Origin: Schmidtea polychroa
Taxonomy: Eukaryota
Length of the DNA stretch: 64,000 nucleotides
Direction of reading: 5' to 3'
Assembly: GCA_044892525.1 (NCBI GenBank)
Contig: CM097885.1
Span: 35,466,001 to 35,530,000 of the forward strand
Both the position numbers and the translations under genes were made by a program. The notes beneath the pieces were generated by a model that did not search any database, was not told the origin of the DNA, and saw only the letters and a list, made by a program, of their open reading frames with translations. Positions 24,924-37,825 of this stretch are shown here, in pieces (the stretch's first letter is position 1; every line of letters starts with the position of its first letter).

Positions 24924-25165
24924 GAAATAATAAAACATTAATAATAAAACATTAATAATAATAATAATAATAGAAATAATAAAACATTAATAATAATAAA
25001 ACATTAATAATAAAACATTAATAAAAATAATAGAACATGTGACAATGCAACATCAATGCATTTTGAATGCAATTTAAACAAAGACATGCTATAATCTGAT
25101 TGGTTGATAGGCATGAGTCAAAGGTATAAAAACCCTGTAACATTTAAATTTATTCATTATTCACG

Positions 25166-25576
25166 ATGACCAAGAAAATTTCAAGCACCGAAAAACCTAA
25201 AGAAATGGTACAACCAGTTCAAATGTTCCACAACTACAAAATGTATTTTTTGAAAGAAGAAATCAATATGAAATTGGTTGCACCAGTCAAGCTAATTCCA
25301 ACTAAATTTGAATTCTTATCCGGCACGCTTTCAATGATTGATGTCAAAACTATTGATGATGTTTTTAAACGGATAGATTCGAATCTATCGTGTAATCAAC
25401 ATGCGTGGTTCAACAATAGATATGCAAGATTTTATGATGCTTTTGATGAAATCAGTTTCAAAGAAAATGAAAATTGGTATATAACAATTGCAATCCAGGG
25501 ATATAAAGTTGATAATAATGATGTATATTCTCCTATTTGGAAAATTATGTCTGCTAGACTTTCACAAATATTTTAA
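25166..25576 (+). CDS. Hypothetical 136-aa protein, possibly an OB-fold ssDNA-binding protein
   Basis: Clean ORF with an upstream CCAAT box and TATA box and a downstream AATAAA. The C-terminal ITIAIQGYKV....YSPIWKI pattern recalls T7 gp2.5-like viral SSBs; the function is an inference. Confidence 0.5.
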   Translation: MTKKISSTEKPKEMVQPVQMFHNYKMYFLKEEINMKLVAPVKLIPTKFEFLSGTLSMIDVKTIDDVFKRIDSNLSCNQHAWFNNRYARFYDAFDEISFKENENWYITIAIQGYKVDNNDVYSPIWKIMSARLSQIF

Positions 25577-25703
25577 TGTTATATTTAATAAATGTATTAG
25601 TCAGATTTGTTTTTTTTCTTTATTAATTGCAACATAAATGCAAATGACATGCAAATTTAACAAAGAAAATCTATAAACAAACTTATAATATAGTTTTAAA
25701 GTG

Positions 25704-26101
25704 ATGAAAATGACTGCAGAAAAAGGTTAACATGATTAATTAATTACCGAATTATTTATTATTTAGAATTTTTAATCAACTTTTTGTTGGAAGAGTTAGC
25801 AGAAATATCTGGTGTGAAAATTGAGGACATATTATCTATTACAAATGCCTTTAATATCGGCTGGTTAGTTGAGAGTCAAGATACAGGATTTGATGATGAG
25901 GAAGAAACTCAAGAAATTGATGAGGAAGAAACTCAAGAGGAAATCTATGAACCTATAGATGAACCTATAGAGGAACCTATAGAGGAACCTATAGAGGAAC
26001 CTAAAGATGAATCTAAAGATAATATTACGAATGATTGTATTGATCATGTCGTTGAAAATATAATGAAATGTGGAGATGAAGACTGCGAATGTGTTAATTA
26101 A
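25704..26101 (+). CDS. Two-exon acidic protein with EEPI repeats
   Basis: MKMTAEK, then a 41-nt GT-AG intron (25726-25766), then EFLINFLLEELAE...; ends CGDEDCECVN. Confidence 0.65.
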
Positions 26102-26178
26102 TAAATCTTAGTTAATTAGTGTTTGTAAATTTATTTAAAATTTTATTTAAAAATCAAACAAAATAACTATATTAATTT

Positions 26179-26686
26179 TTATTTAAAAAACCGACATAAA
26201 ACATACAAAATAGCAACACCTGTTGCAAGTTTTAAATAGTTTTTAAATTTGATTTTCTGTTGATCTATTTCCTTGGCATTTCTGGCGAGTTGATTCAGCA
26301 CGCCCCATCCGCCATTGGCTTCAATCCATGGCTGAAACTTTGACTTGATTATCTAGAAAATAAATATTAATAAAATATAGATTATAAAAGTATTACTTCT
26401 TGAGACCACTGATAATAATGTCCCATAGACTTCTTTCCATTATGATCTTCATATAAGCGAACCCTACTAGTATTCGGGTCCACTTCATCTCCTCGTCGCA
26501 TAAGCAGTTAAAAATCCTATTAAAATAGAATTTCTTCGTTTCAAGGGAATCGGAATTGAGCACGTCCTCATAATCAATGTGATTACCTTCTATAATCTTT
26601 TCGGTCCGATCGACCAGGAAACTTAGGCTTTCCATAATATTCTTGTTGACGAGTTCTCTTAAAAGATTTTCCATAAAATGAGACAT
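26179..26686 (-). CDS. Bcl-2 family protein (BH1, BH2, C-terminal membrane anchor), two exons, one frameshift
   Basis: Exon 1 carries BH1-like MKWTRILVGFAY. A 44-nt GT-AG intron spans 26396-26353. Exon 2 (26352-26179) reads IIKSKFQPWIEANGGWGVL...LATGVAILYVLCRFFK*. A 1-nt loss near 26440 must be corrected to join them. Confidence 0.85.
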
Positions 26687-26791
26687 TTTTACAATAATTT
26701 AAAATATGATGTTTTATTTATACTAATACTGTATGATTTTGATTGGTTGATAGACTATAAATGTAAGAGAAAGGTTTTGATTTGATACACC

Positions 26792-27292
26792 ATGAAAACT
26801 ATATTCATATTGCTAATTATTATAACGAGTGTGTGCTCACACAATACAACAATAACAGTGGAGTCTTTTAATAAATCAATATGTGTTTGTCCGAATACAG
26901 CCAAGTTGATGGATATTTTATATATTCTCGATAAACCAAAATGGTCAAAGCATCCAGGAAAAAGAATATCTCAAAGATTGGAGAATTTAGAAAACAGTTA
27001 TGAACTAACATTTGAATATATACAAAATATAAAAATTAAATTGATTGATCATATTGAGGTTTTCAATAACTCTATTGCTGAAAATAAAAAGAATATGAAA
27101 ATTATTGATAAGAAGCATGATTATTTGTTAAAAAAGATTGAATTATTATTAAGAGAAATTCAAACAATCAAAGGATCAATAGAATATCTGAAAATCAATT
27201 CATCGTTACCAATTTCTAACAATATTGCTGCGAATAGTAGTACATCAATATTTAGTTTACCTTTGTTAATTTTACATTATTTTATTGTTTAA
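26792..27292 (+). CDS. Secreted coiled-coil protein with a probable GPI-anchor signal
   Basis: Signal peptide MKTIFILLIIITSVCS, several N-x-S/T sequons, a heptad-like central region, and a small-residue site followed by a hydrophobic tail with no cytoplasmic part (NSSTSIFSLPLLILHYFIV*). Confidence 0.7.
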   Translation: MKTIFILLIIITSVCSHNTTITVESFNKSICVCPNTAKLMDILYILDKPKWSKHPGKRISQRLENLENSYELTFEYIQNIKIKLIDHIEVFNNSIAENKKNMKIIDKKHDYLLKKIELLLREIQTIKGSIEYLKINSSLPISNNIAANSSTSIFSLPLLILHYFIV

Positions 27293-27433
27293 ATAAATGT
27301 ATGTTTTGTTGATTTGTTGATTTGTTGAGCGTGACCAGTACCCTTGTGAGCATTACCCATAGGGGGACAAAATATTTTGTCGGATAGACTCGGAGTATAT
27401 AGACTCGGTGTATATAGATTAATAATAATAATG

Positions 27434-27505
<72 letters not shown>

Positions 27506-28479
27506 TCTTTAGAAATAATAATATTTTTTAAAAATAATAATAAAAATAATAATATTTTTTAGAAATAATAATATGACCTTGATGACTCATCGCGATGACT
27601 CATATGACCTTGAGAATGCCCTTGGATGAGTCATGCGACCTTGAAAATTACCTTGATGATTCAAAGTTTGACTCAGATGACCTTGAAAATGACCTTGAAA
27701 CTTTTTGATGAGTCATAGTATGAGTCATATGACCTTGAAAAATTTTTGATGAGTCATAGTATGAGCCATATGACTTTGGGAAAATTTGATGAGTCATAGC
27801 ATGAATCATATGACCTTGAGAATGACCTTGAATGAGTCATATGACCTTGAAAATGACCTTGGATGAGTCATATGACCTTGAGAATGACCATGAATGAGTC
27901 ATATGACCCTGAGAATGACCTTGAACGAGTCATATGACCTTGAGAATGAGTCATGGTCTTTGTTTAAATGACCTTGAAAATTTTTATGACTCAACGGATG
28001 AGTCATATGACCTTGAGAATGACCTTGAATGAGTCATGGTCTTTGTTTAAATGACCTTGAAAATTTTTATGACTCATCGGATGAGTCATATGACATTGAA
28101 AATGACCTCGATGAGTCACAGTATGAGTCATACGACCTTGAAAATGACCTTGATGAGTCATGGTCTTTGTTTAAAATGACCTTGAAAATTTTTTGGCCTT
28201 GATGAGTCATATTATGAGTCATATGATCTTGAAAGTGACCTTGATGAGTCACAGTATGAGTCATGGTCTTTGTTTAAATGACCTTGAGAAATTTGATGAG
28301 TCATAGGATGAGTCATGGTCTTTGTTTCAATGACCTTGATGAGTCATATGTCTTTGTTTAAATTTGACATTGAAAAAAAATGTACTTTTAGACTTAGAAT
28401 TTTTTAAAAATTTTACGACCGGGGGAGGGGGGTACTGTGCTAGCGGTGCCCTGTGCCAGCGGTGCCCAATCCATCTACT
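27248..28479 (-). repeat. Right terminal inverted repeat of element A
   Basis: Reverse complement of 9701-10830, with a longer repeat array and lacking the ~110-bp module at ~10448-10557. Confidence 0.95.
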
Positions 28480-29760
28480 AATTGTGTACAAAAGGTATGT
28501 TGATGATATTTTTCTAATATTTAAAAATAAGTAACACGTGAAACCTTTTCTGCATTACATGAATGGATTGCATAAGAACATTAAATTCACATATGAAATT
28601 GCGAAGGATTCATCCATAGCATTTCTTTACTTGTTAATTAAACGTAAAGATGAACAATATGAGACAGAAATTTACAGAAAACCAACAGATACCGGCCTCT
28701 ATACTACCCCAGAGAGTTTTTGTGAATTTAAATATAAAATAAACATGGTGAAAGGATTGGTTTATCGATCATGGTGCTTATCTTCCACTTTTAAAAATTC
28801 AGTAAAAAGTGTAGATAAATTAGTTGAATTACTGATGAAGAATGGCTACTCAAAACGGTTTTATTGTTAACGTTGAAAGAGACTTTTGATAAATGTATGA
28901 ATAATGCTAAGGATCGTAGTATGAATGAATGTAAATTTACTGATATGAATGATGTAGTGAATATGAGTATTGATACTAACAAGATGAGCCAAAATATACG
29001 ATGGTATTGCCGTATTCTGAAGGATATAAAGATTTCAAAAGACAGATTGTTAAACAGTTGGGTACATTGAATTATAGAATTGTTTCAAAATCATGCAAAG
29101 TACGTAGTATGTTTGTTAATAAATTTCAAACGCCGGTTGGATTGTATTCGGATCTCGTTTATCAATTCACATGTAATGGGTGTAATGCCATATACATTGG
29201 AGAGACTTCCCGTCATCTCTGCACTCAAGTTCAAGAACACTGTCGACCGAAAGGAGTGTCCAATATTGAGGATAACAATAAAGTCTGTATGAGAGAATTA
29301 GGAATTTCGGATTTTAAAATCTTATCAAAAAAATTTGATAGTTGTTTTGAGTGTGTTATACGTGAAGCATTATTGATAAGAACATTTAATCCTAAAATCA
29401 ATGTGCAGAATGCAGTGAATACTTGTGTGTTGAATGTTTTTAATTAAATTTTTGTATGTTGATGTATAATGAATAATAGTTATGTTAAATAATTAAAAAA
29501 ATAATAAAAATAATATTTGTTTAAAAAATTTTTAAAAGTGAAAAATAATTGTTTGTTGAAAATTATTTTTGAAAATAATTATTTAAAATTGTTATTTATA
29601 ATTTAAAAATTTATAGATTTAATAATTTGTTTATAAATTATTAATATTGTATAGTTATTCATCCCTCGTGAATGTAGGTAACCTGATGATGATAGTGATG
29701 CTATCGAAATATATAGTGAAAAAGATGTACGAATGGCGATTTTTATTAATAAAGTCTTTA
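28480..29760 (+). mobile_element. Penelope-like retroelement 3' part (RT C-terminus plus GIY-YIG endonuclease), degraded
   Basis: YKRYVDDIF, LHKNIKFTYE, IYRKPTDTGLY, KNGY; then VLPY and LVYQFTCNGCNAIYIGETSRHL....EH, REALLI....PKINVQ. Contains stops and frameshifts; the 3' boundary is approximate. Confidence 0.92.
29681..29717 (+). ncRNA. Minimal type I hammerhead ribozyme motif in the Penelope 3' region
   Basis: AC-CTGATGA-T-GATAG-TGATG-CTATC-GAAA-TATA-TA^GT: intact core, 5-bp stem II and palindromic stem III. Stem I has only 2 bp. Confidence 0.7.
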
Positions 29761-30927
29761 CCGTGTTTATTTAAGTATTTAATTTTCATACTTTTAATTT
29801 AATAAGAATTTTTAAAAATATTTTGTAGAATTTCTGATGAATTTAATCATCATAAAGGGAAGATAAATAATCTTAAAATTAACTCATTATTTTGTTTATT
29901 TTCTAAATGTCCCTTTAATTTTTCGAATTTTTTGTAATAATTTTTCTTTCTAGACGTTAGAAATCATTTGCACAAATTCTACTAAAAAATAAATTAACTA
30001 AAATTATTTTCATATTTGTTCTTATAGAATAATTTGTAATCTGGAAAGATTAAAAATTTCTTCGAAGACATCCGAAATTCTTTTTTAATATTGAAAATAA
30101 GGGCTCTACTTATTGTCGGGGGTTCTTAATTATTGTCTAACTGTGTTTATTTTTAGTTAGAAGCTATAACATTCAATTCTTCTGTCATCAAATAAATTAA
30201 TAAGACTAAATAAATCCAAAATTATATTTCATTAAATCGGCTTATATAAACAAATATTCTTGGGACATTTTCTTTTCATAAATTTTAATTTCAACCAAAT
30301 ATCAACATACGACATGCATACTTAAATTACAATTTTGTTAAAAATTATTTTATTTCCAAATTAATATTAAAACATTCATTTTAATTTTAAACCATTTTAA
30401 TTCTAATATACTTCACATAATTTAAGTTTCACTTTTAATTTTACAAAATTTAATCATGAAATAATTTTAATTTAACATTTTAATTTTAACTCCTCACATT
30501 TTTAATATAGAAATTTTGTGCACCGTACATGTCTGTATAAATTAAAGTTTCTTCTCTCATAAAATTTTCCTATCTTTCTATATTGTCAAAGAACCTTTTT
30601 GACTGTCATTTTTGACACACATTTATTATTAGTTAGTTTTTTATGTTATTCAAACTCTTATATACTTTCTTTTGGACATTCGATTATTGTGCTTTGAATT
30701 AAGTTTAAGTTAATTACTTTTATGTATTAAAAAAAATATTAAAAAATATTGAAAAGTCACGTAATGGGACGACAAATACTAATATATCATAAATAAAATT
30801 TCTCGAAAATTAGTAGAACATACACGATTAGACAAAAACATTTTCAACATTCAAATACTTTTATAAAAATTATAACATATTTTTAAAGACTGCATAATTA
30901 CATATATAAATTACATATATAAAAAAA

Positions 30928-31018
30928 AAGACGATCAGATACCGTCCTAGTTCTGACCATAAACTATGCCAACTGACAGTTAGTAAAGATTATTTAATTC
31001 TTCTTACTAGAAGTCACC
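30928..31018 (+). pseudogene. Isolated 18S rRNA fragment
   Basis: AAGACGATCAGATACCGTCCTAGTTCTGACCATAAACTATGCCAACTG matches a conserved eukaryotic SSU rRNA segment. The flanks are not rRNA-like. Confidence 0.8.
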
Positions 31019-33532
31019 TTTTATAAAATCAAATTTGTAATAAATTCACTTTTCAAAATTTTTTTTATGTGATCCTTAAAGGTTTTTAATGTCTTTTTAC
31101 AATGTTTTCGACGACAAACAAATTTCGTATCTATTCAAGTAATCAAGAGGATCACAAGATTATATATCAGACGTTGTCTATTGTATAAATGCACCTTTTG
31201 TTTAGAAACTTAATAACCCATAAATGAAAGTCATTGTAGAGATATATTAATATTATTTATAAAAATGACGTTTTTGTTATTTAAAGGAAATCGAAAGTTC
31301 AGATCAACATTTCTCAGCATCATTAATGATAGATGTTGATATTTTTATTTTAATATTAAATCCCTTGACAATAATCCTATATCAATATTGTGACATATAC
31401 GTTGTGACGTATAGTTGTAAAACATTTATACCTGGAAAAATTATGGAAATATAATTTTAATTATTGAAAACAATTAATAAAACTAAATTTAGAAACGAAA
31501 ATATTTTTCGAATTCATGTAAACAAATTTAAAATATTAATAATTACAATCGATTCAGTGTGAAAAATATCAAGTAATTTTTTCGTTTATTTTTCGTTTTT
31601 TTCACATTTAATCGATATTTAATTAAATAATTGAAATTAAAATAAATTAAAAATTCAGTTCTACTGGAAATAACAATTAATAATGTAATTTGATTATAAA
31701 TTGACTTACCCAGTTGGTGATTAGATAATAAACGAGGAAGCAGAAAAAACATGGAAACATTACGAATAGAAATCTGGGGAAAATAATTTGTTTCAATGTT
31801 TAATTATCAAGATTTTCAACTAATCGACAATTTATTTTCATTAAATTTAAATCGGTAGAATTAATAAATAATCATTAATTAAAACAAATAAATCTTTTTG
31901 CAGTTATTGGAGTTTTCAAACAGAATTTCATCATATCAAAATTGAAGAGTTATGAAAATTATAGAAAATCTTTAAAAGGTTCTCAAAGATTTAGTGAATT
32001 TATTTTTCTTTTTTATTAATAATATTATTTTGACTGCCTATAATATAAGAAAATAATCAATAATTTATATTATGTAAAATACAAAACCTTACCTGTAAGT
32101 TCAAAATTCATTACAAAATTCATTATGCAGCAGTTACTAATTTTTTATAAATGTAAAAAACATTATTGCAACATTTCCTATAATAAAACAAATATACCCG
32201 ATACTAATAATTATTATTATTACTATTTTATTTAATTTTTCACCAAGTATTTCTCTATCAATATTTTTGCACTCAGGATTTTTTGGTCGAATTTAAATCT
32301 GAAACTCCCACTATAGTCAGAGGGATTTTTAGTCTTGATAAAACAATAGATTTTTTCTCGATTAAAAAGGTTAAAAATAATTCTTAATGAAAAAAGCCTA
32401 AAAATTATTTTTCAATGTAAAACCACTAAACATTATTTCTCGATAGAAGCACTACAATTTTTTTTAAATGAAAAGTTCATGGAATTTTAAGTTCAGATAA
32501 TTTTAAGAAAAGATGACTTATGAGAAATTAAAATAAAATAAAGTAAAATATTTTGAAGAAATGTTAGCACCTGAGAATTTAAAAAAAACTAATAATAAAA
32601 AATAATAATAATAAAAATAATAATAATTCAACCAACAACCATATACCAACATCAAGGTCTCAACATCTAGATAACTACAACTAGATATCAACAACAAGAT
32701 ACCAATTACCAACAAAAAATTAATAACAACCAGCTACCAACATCCAGTTACAAACAACTAGATACTATCAACCAAGAACCAACAATCATGTACCAAAATA
32801 CAAGTACCATCAACTACTAACAACAAAATATCAAACACATAAAAGGATACAACAAAAGAAGACAAAGATAAAAAAGGTCAAATGTTACAAGACGGGTTTA
32901 AAAACACCTTACAAAAACCTGCAGCCAAAATCTTGTTCATCAAAAATCAAAGTTTTCTCCATAAACATTAACCTCGTATAAGAAGTAGAATTCATGTCTT
33001 TTCTTTTCTATTTGCGCTATTTTCATTTAAAAATAAAAAAATTCATTAAATAATAAATTAATTAAAAATTAAATAATAAATTTTTATCCAATAAAATAAA
33101 TATGAATTAAAATATAAATTACTATTAAGCAAACGATTGGTCGATAAATTAAATAATACTTAATAAAGGCAAGGTAGAAAATTTATGTGAAGTATAATTA
33201 CATTTTTGATTTTTTGATTTATTTTGAATATGGAAATAAGTGAAATTTCATAAAGAGATCAAAAGTAACCAAATAAATAAAGTATTTTTCTAATGCCTAA
33301 TTTTATAATTTTTCCAAAATTAATAAAACAGCTGGGGCAGAAAAAATTTAATTTTGTTTTATTTTCTAAATATGCTTTCAATTATTTTTCATAATTTGGA
33401 TTTTTTAAAATTTTCTAGAACAGAAAAATTGAATTTTATTAAACCTATGCCTCGGTCGAGTGGTTTGGCTTCCAACCAAAATGAAATTTATTACAGATTA
33501 ATAAATAATTTTCGATAGCTGCCATTTTATTG

Positions 33533-33567
<35 letters not shown>

Positions 33568-34283
33568 ATTTAATTTATTGGGCGTTTATTTCTTGTTTTA
33601 CCGCTAGTCACAAATTTCCCAAATAACGAAACCATAAAACAAAATAATATATATTTTTCTAAAATTGATTTATTTGCAAATTTTGCAGGTTTCAGTCAAT
33701 TAACATTATATAAATCCAATACTTATTGCGCTCCATTTATTATTTTTCGTTACTGATTTTTATAATTTTTTTAAATTAACTCTCCCACTGAACTTGATTT
33801 AGGGAGAGAAAAACCTTAGGAAAACGAAATTGAATTAATTATTTACATTTTATTACCATAACATTTATTGTCTTTTAATGAGTGAACCAAAAACTCGGTT
33901 GGGCGAATTATACACTCATTAAAACTGCTGAGTTAATTATATGTTTTCATTTATTTCACTGACTAAAGTTTCTTTAATATTTCGACATCATATGAAAAAA
34001 ATATATTTTAATTAATTTTTAGGAATATCAGATCCTGGTTAAAAGTGTAAATTAACAAAAATTAATTTTTCATTATATAAAAACCAAATATTTAATAAAC
34101 ATAAACAAATAAACATAATTTTTTAAAATATATTTTTGTAATATACAAAAATTGTATTTTGAAATGATCAGGCCCTAAAGAAATTTAATAAAACTATTAT
34201 ACATATACATTTATCAGTAATGACATTAGGTGGTTGAGAATTATACACTTATTAAAACTGATAAGTTGAATATAGTTTATTTA

Positions 34284-34630
34284 TAAGGACCGGCAAAAAT
34301 AAATTTGGTTTTTCTACGTCAATGAAATCTTATCAAAATCTAAAAAAAATACAATTCAAAACGTTTATTTGTGAAAATTATATGTGCAAGTATATTAAAA
34401 GTGTAAACTATATCAGAGCCTAGGCATAGTCTCCACCAGCTTCAATGACACTCTGGAGATGACGTGTAAAATTTAGGTATCTCTCAGCATTGATAGATCA
34501 ACCTTCGTGAAGAAGTTCGAAATACGTGAGTGATTTTGCATAGTTCAGAACTTTGCGATCAGATATTGTCTGTCTAGCACTAGTTGGATGGTCACCTGTG
34601 CCATCCACCCAAATACGGTTGCATTCTTTT
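34284..34630 (-). mobile_element. Internally deleted Tc1/mariner relic
   Basis: Minus strand reads NRIWVDG..DHP..ARQT...KV...FELL.EG*SINAERYL fused to a C-terminal LQSVIEAGGDYA*, followed by a TIR-like end ...TTTGCCGGTCCTTATA. Confidence 0.55.
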
Positions 34631-37600
34631 GGAGGTTGTCACTGTTATTCAAGATTGAACCACTGTGATTTTTGTTGTAATAAAAATAAAAAGTATTTTT
34701 GTTGGATTTGTTATTTTAATAGGATTCGGATCATAATCGATTTTCTATCGATCAAATACAACAACTCGACAATAATTAATACTAATCTTATTTGACACAA
34801 TAAACAAACAACAATATTTCTTTTTTTAACGTTCTATTACACTTACCACTAAATTAATATTCTTAAGCACAGTCCTCACAAGAAATATTTTAGACAAACA
34901 TGGCAATTTTCTAAAGTTCTTGCTAAAGTTTTTACTTCGTCAATTTATCGTGTAACCTATTTATCAAGCCACAAAAATCAGAAAATCGAAAATAAATTTT
35001 TATCCCCCCCCCTTGGAAAATTTGTTTACCAAATAAATTAGTTAGTTTCTTTCAATCAATTAATTATTTTTTATTTCTTAAATAACATTATTAAAAGACC
35101 TTCATCTATTTAGAATTATTATATTTTTATATATTGCTATCTACTCATACTGTTTCACCCGAGAAATATTGATTTTCGATTTTACATATTTCTAATTAAT
35201 TTTTGCACTTCAAGTAAATTTTATAAATTTATTAAATTTTGTATAATGGTGTTTTATTTTAATGTACATTATAATGTGCGAAAGGGTTAAAATTTAAAAC
35301 AAAATCCATTATTTTAGTTGGATTTTATTTAAAGATTAGTAAACTAAGCCAGTCCATGACGATCGTATATGACTCATAAAATTAGAAATATAGATGTTGC
35401 ATAGTTTAATTACAAAAATTAAAAAAAAGTATTTTTTTAAGTATTTTGAATGATATTCATTTCAAAGGATTTTTGTACCTGCATAATATGTATTTCATTG
35501 TTTAAAAAAATATTTATGAAGATTTTCACATTTATTTTTTTTTTGTCTACGGGACTATGTTTATGAACTAATATAAAAAAATATTTTTTACATTGAAACT
35601 TCATAGTTTGCACTAATCCTGAGTCTCGGCTGACGCCGCCCAATTAACCGCGTAACTAAAAAACTAAAAAACCGCGTATATAAAAATTAAAATTAATTTT
35701 AACCCATTTTTTGTCTGAATAAATTTAATGTTAATTTTATGAGATTATTTGTAGTTTTTTTAATAAACAAATTTTAAAAATTTATTAAAGTTGTTTAAAT
35801 AAATCAAATATTTTCGAAATCCTACATATATATATATATATATATTGATTTTATAATGGATATTAATATAAATTGATGTAAACATTTCCGGCTGGAATTG
35901 AATTACATATTTAAATTGTTATATCATTTAAATTTTTTAATTTTGTTTGTAAAATTCTATTTTTAAATGAAAACTGTTTGAATTGTGATTGTTACGTAGT
36001 TATTATTTTAGATATTTTTATTTACAGAATAAATTATATTTGTGTATATTATTTTGATACTTTCTAACATTTCTCGGATTTTCCGTTGATTTGTAGCGAT
36101 TGTGTAAAAAATAAATCTGAAACATAAAAGTAATGACAGAATGTTATCATTTTAATGAAAAGTTGTTTAAAAACAGATTTTGAAAATTTTAAACACTGCC
36201 AAATATTAAAATTGTTTTTTTTGTTTAAAAATTATTGATTTTGTAAAATGATTAAAAATTAGATTATAAAATAATTTTTATCACTGCTTAAACTTCACTT
36301 AAATATTCATAGACAAGCCAGATGTTAGACAGAGGCTAAGTGTGAGTCCGTCTGCGCGCAGCATCAGATTGGTTGGTTTTATGTATAATCTTATTACATG
36401 AACCTTTACATTTTATCACTTCTCTTTGCAGTTTCCTTGTGGATGGAAAAACAAAATATTTAATTGCTTTACTATGCACCTTCCTCACAATAACCTTTAT
36501 TCCATTAATTTCCATCAATCAAGCAGTCACAATAATGTTTTCTCAATTTCTTATTTGTTTGTTTTCCCGTTTTTCCCAAACTTAATCTTTCTATAGTTAA
36601 TTAATTAATTAATTATTTAATTAAATATCAATTAATTTTATTCTTTAAAAAACAATATAGCGGAATTTCCTGAGTGAGTTAAAATTTTTTATAATTTATA
36701 ATTATAAAATATAATTAATTAAGGGAACATTTCTGGGTTAAATTAATTTGCAAACTGCCTAGTGGCTACGGAATTGTAAAAATTTGACTGGATTGGGCAT
36801 GATCCAGTTTATAAAAGAGAACATTAAATCCGGATTTCATAATAAATAACAATTTTGTGATAATTAAATTTATAATTTTTAAAAAATCTTTGAAAACTTT
36901 CGATTAAAATGACTCAATAAGTTATAATAATTGAAATACATTTTTTTCAGTAAATAAATTTGAAAAAAAAAATAAAGTGGGAAATAATGGCAAATAAATC
37001 CAGATTTGATGGAGCCGGCTTCTGACAGTGCAATATTCACATTATCTATTGCCAAACAATTGATCAAAGTGTCAATTTCTCTTTCTAAATTTAACGCCAC
37101 GAAGAATATTTGAATTAATTACGGATAATTTAATCTCTCAAAAAACTGATTATTCCGCGTACTCACAGAAGCAAGAAAAGAATTAACGGAAAAAAATCTT
37201 TTTTATATTTTTATCACTATAATACAAATTATTTTTCTTAAACGTTGACATTTTGTAAGAAAGTAAATAATAAAAATTAATAAAAATTAAATAAAATAGG
37301 AAATATAATTTAAATTTATTTAACACAATTTAATTGATAATTAAATGCCTATGAAATAAGGAAATTAATATTTATCAGAAAAAAGATATTTGGAAAATTT
37401 ATGAGAATGAAAATGAAGAAGCAAAAAAAAATAAATGGGAAATTGAAATTTATTTTCATTAATAAAAATTAAAAGAAAATAATTAAAAAAATTTGTGTAA
37501 AAAGATTAAATTAAAAAATAACATAATTTTGGATAGGACGAAGGAAGAATAAATTGCAGAATACTTTAATAATATCATGTACTGATTAGGCTCAACACGA

Positions 37601-37651
37601 AATATTGATGACATTGAGTGTTGCAAGACGAAAAAATGGAAGAGAAATTAA

Positions 37652-37825
37652 CCACTTCTGTGGTCAAACCGGCGACTAATTGATCGAAAGATCAAATTAT
37701 GATACCTGTCACTCAACGCGCGAGATGCGTTCTCTAGACTGGTGAGGAATGACCCGAGCTGCTCTCGAGCAAATCACTAAAAATGTTTTGTGTACGAATC
37801 CAGTTCGGGCAAATCACACAAGGGG
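37652..37825. mobile_element. piggyBac-type MITE
   Basis: TTAA on both sides (37648-51, 37826-29). Imperfect TIRs CCACTTCTGTG / CACACAAGGGG. Confidence 0.55.

Noticed and set aside
27325..27400. HDV-like ribozyme in the conserved TIR module
   Set aside because: A P4-like hairpin after a G-run is present, but I could not build consistent P1, P2 and P3 pairings across copies.
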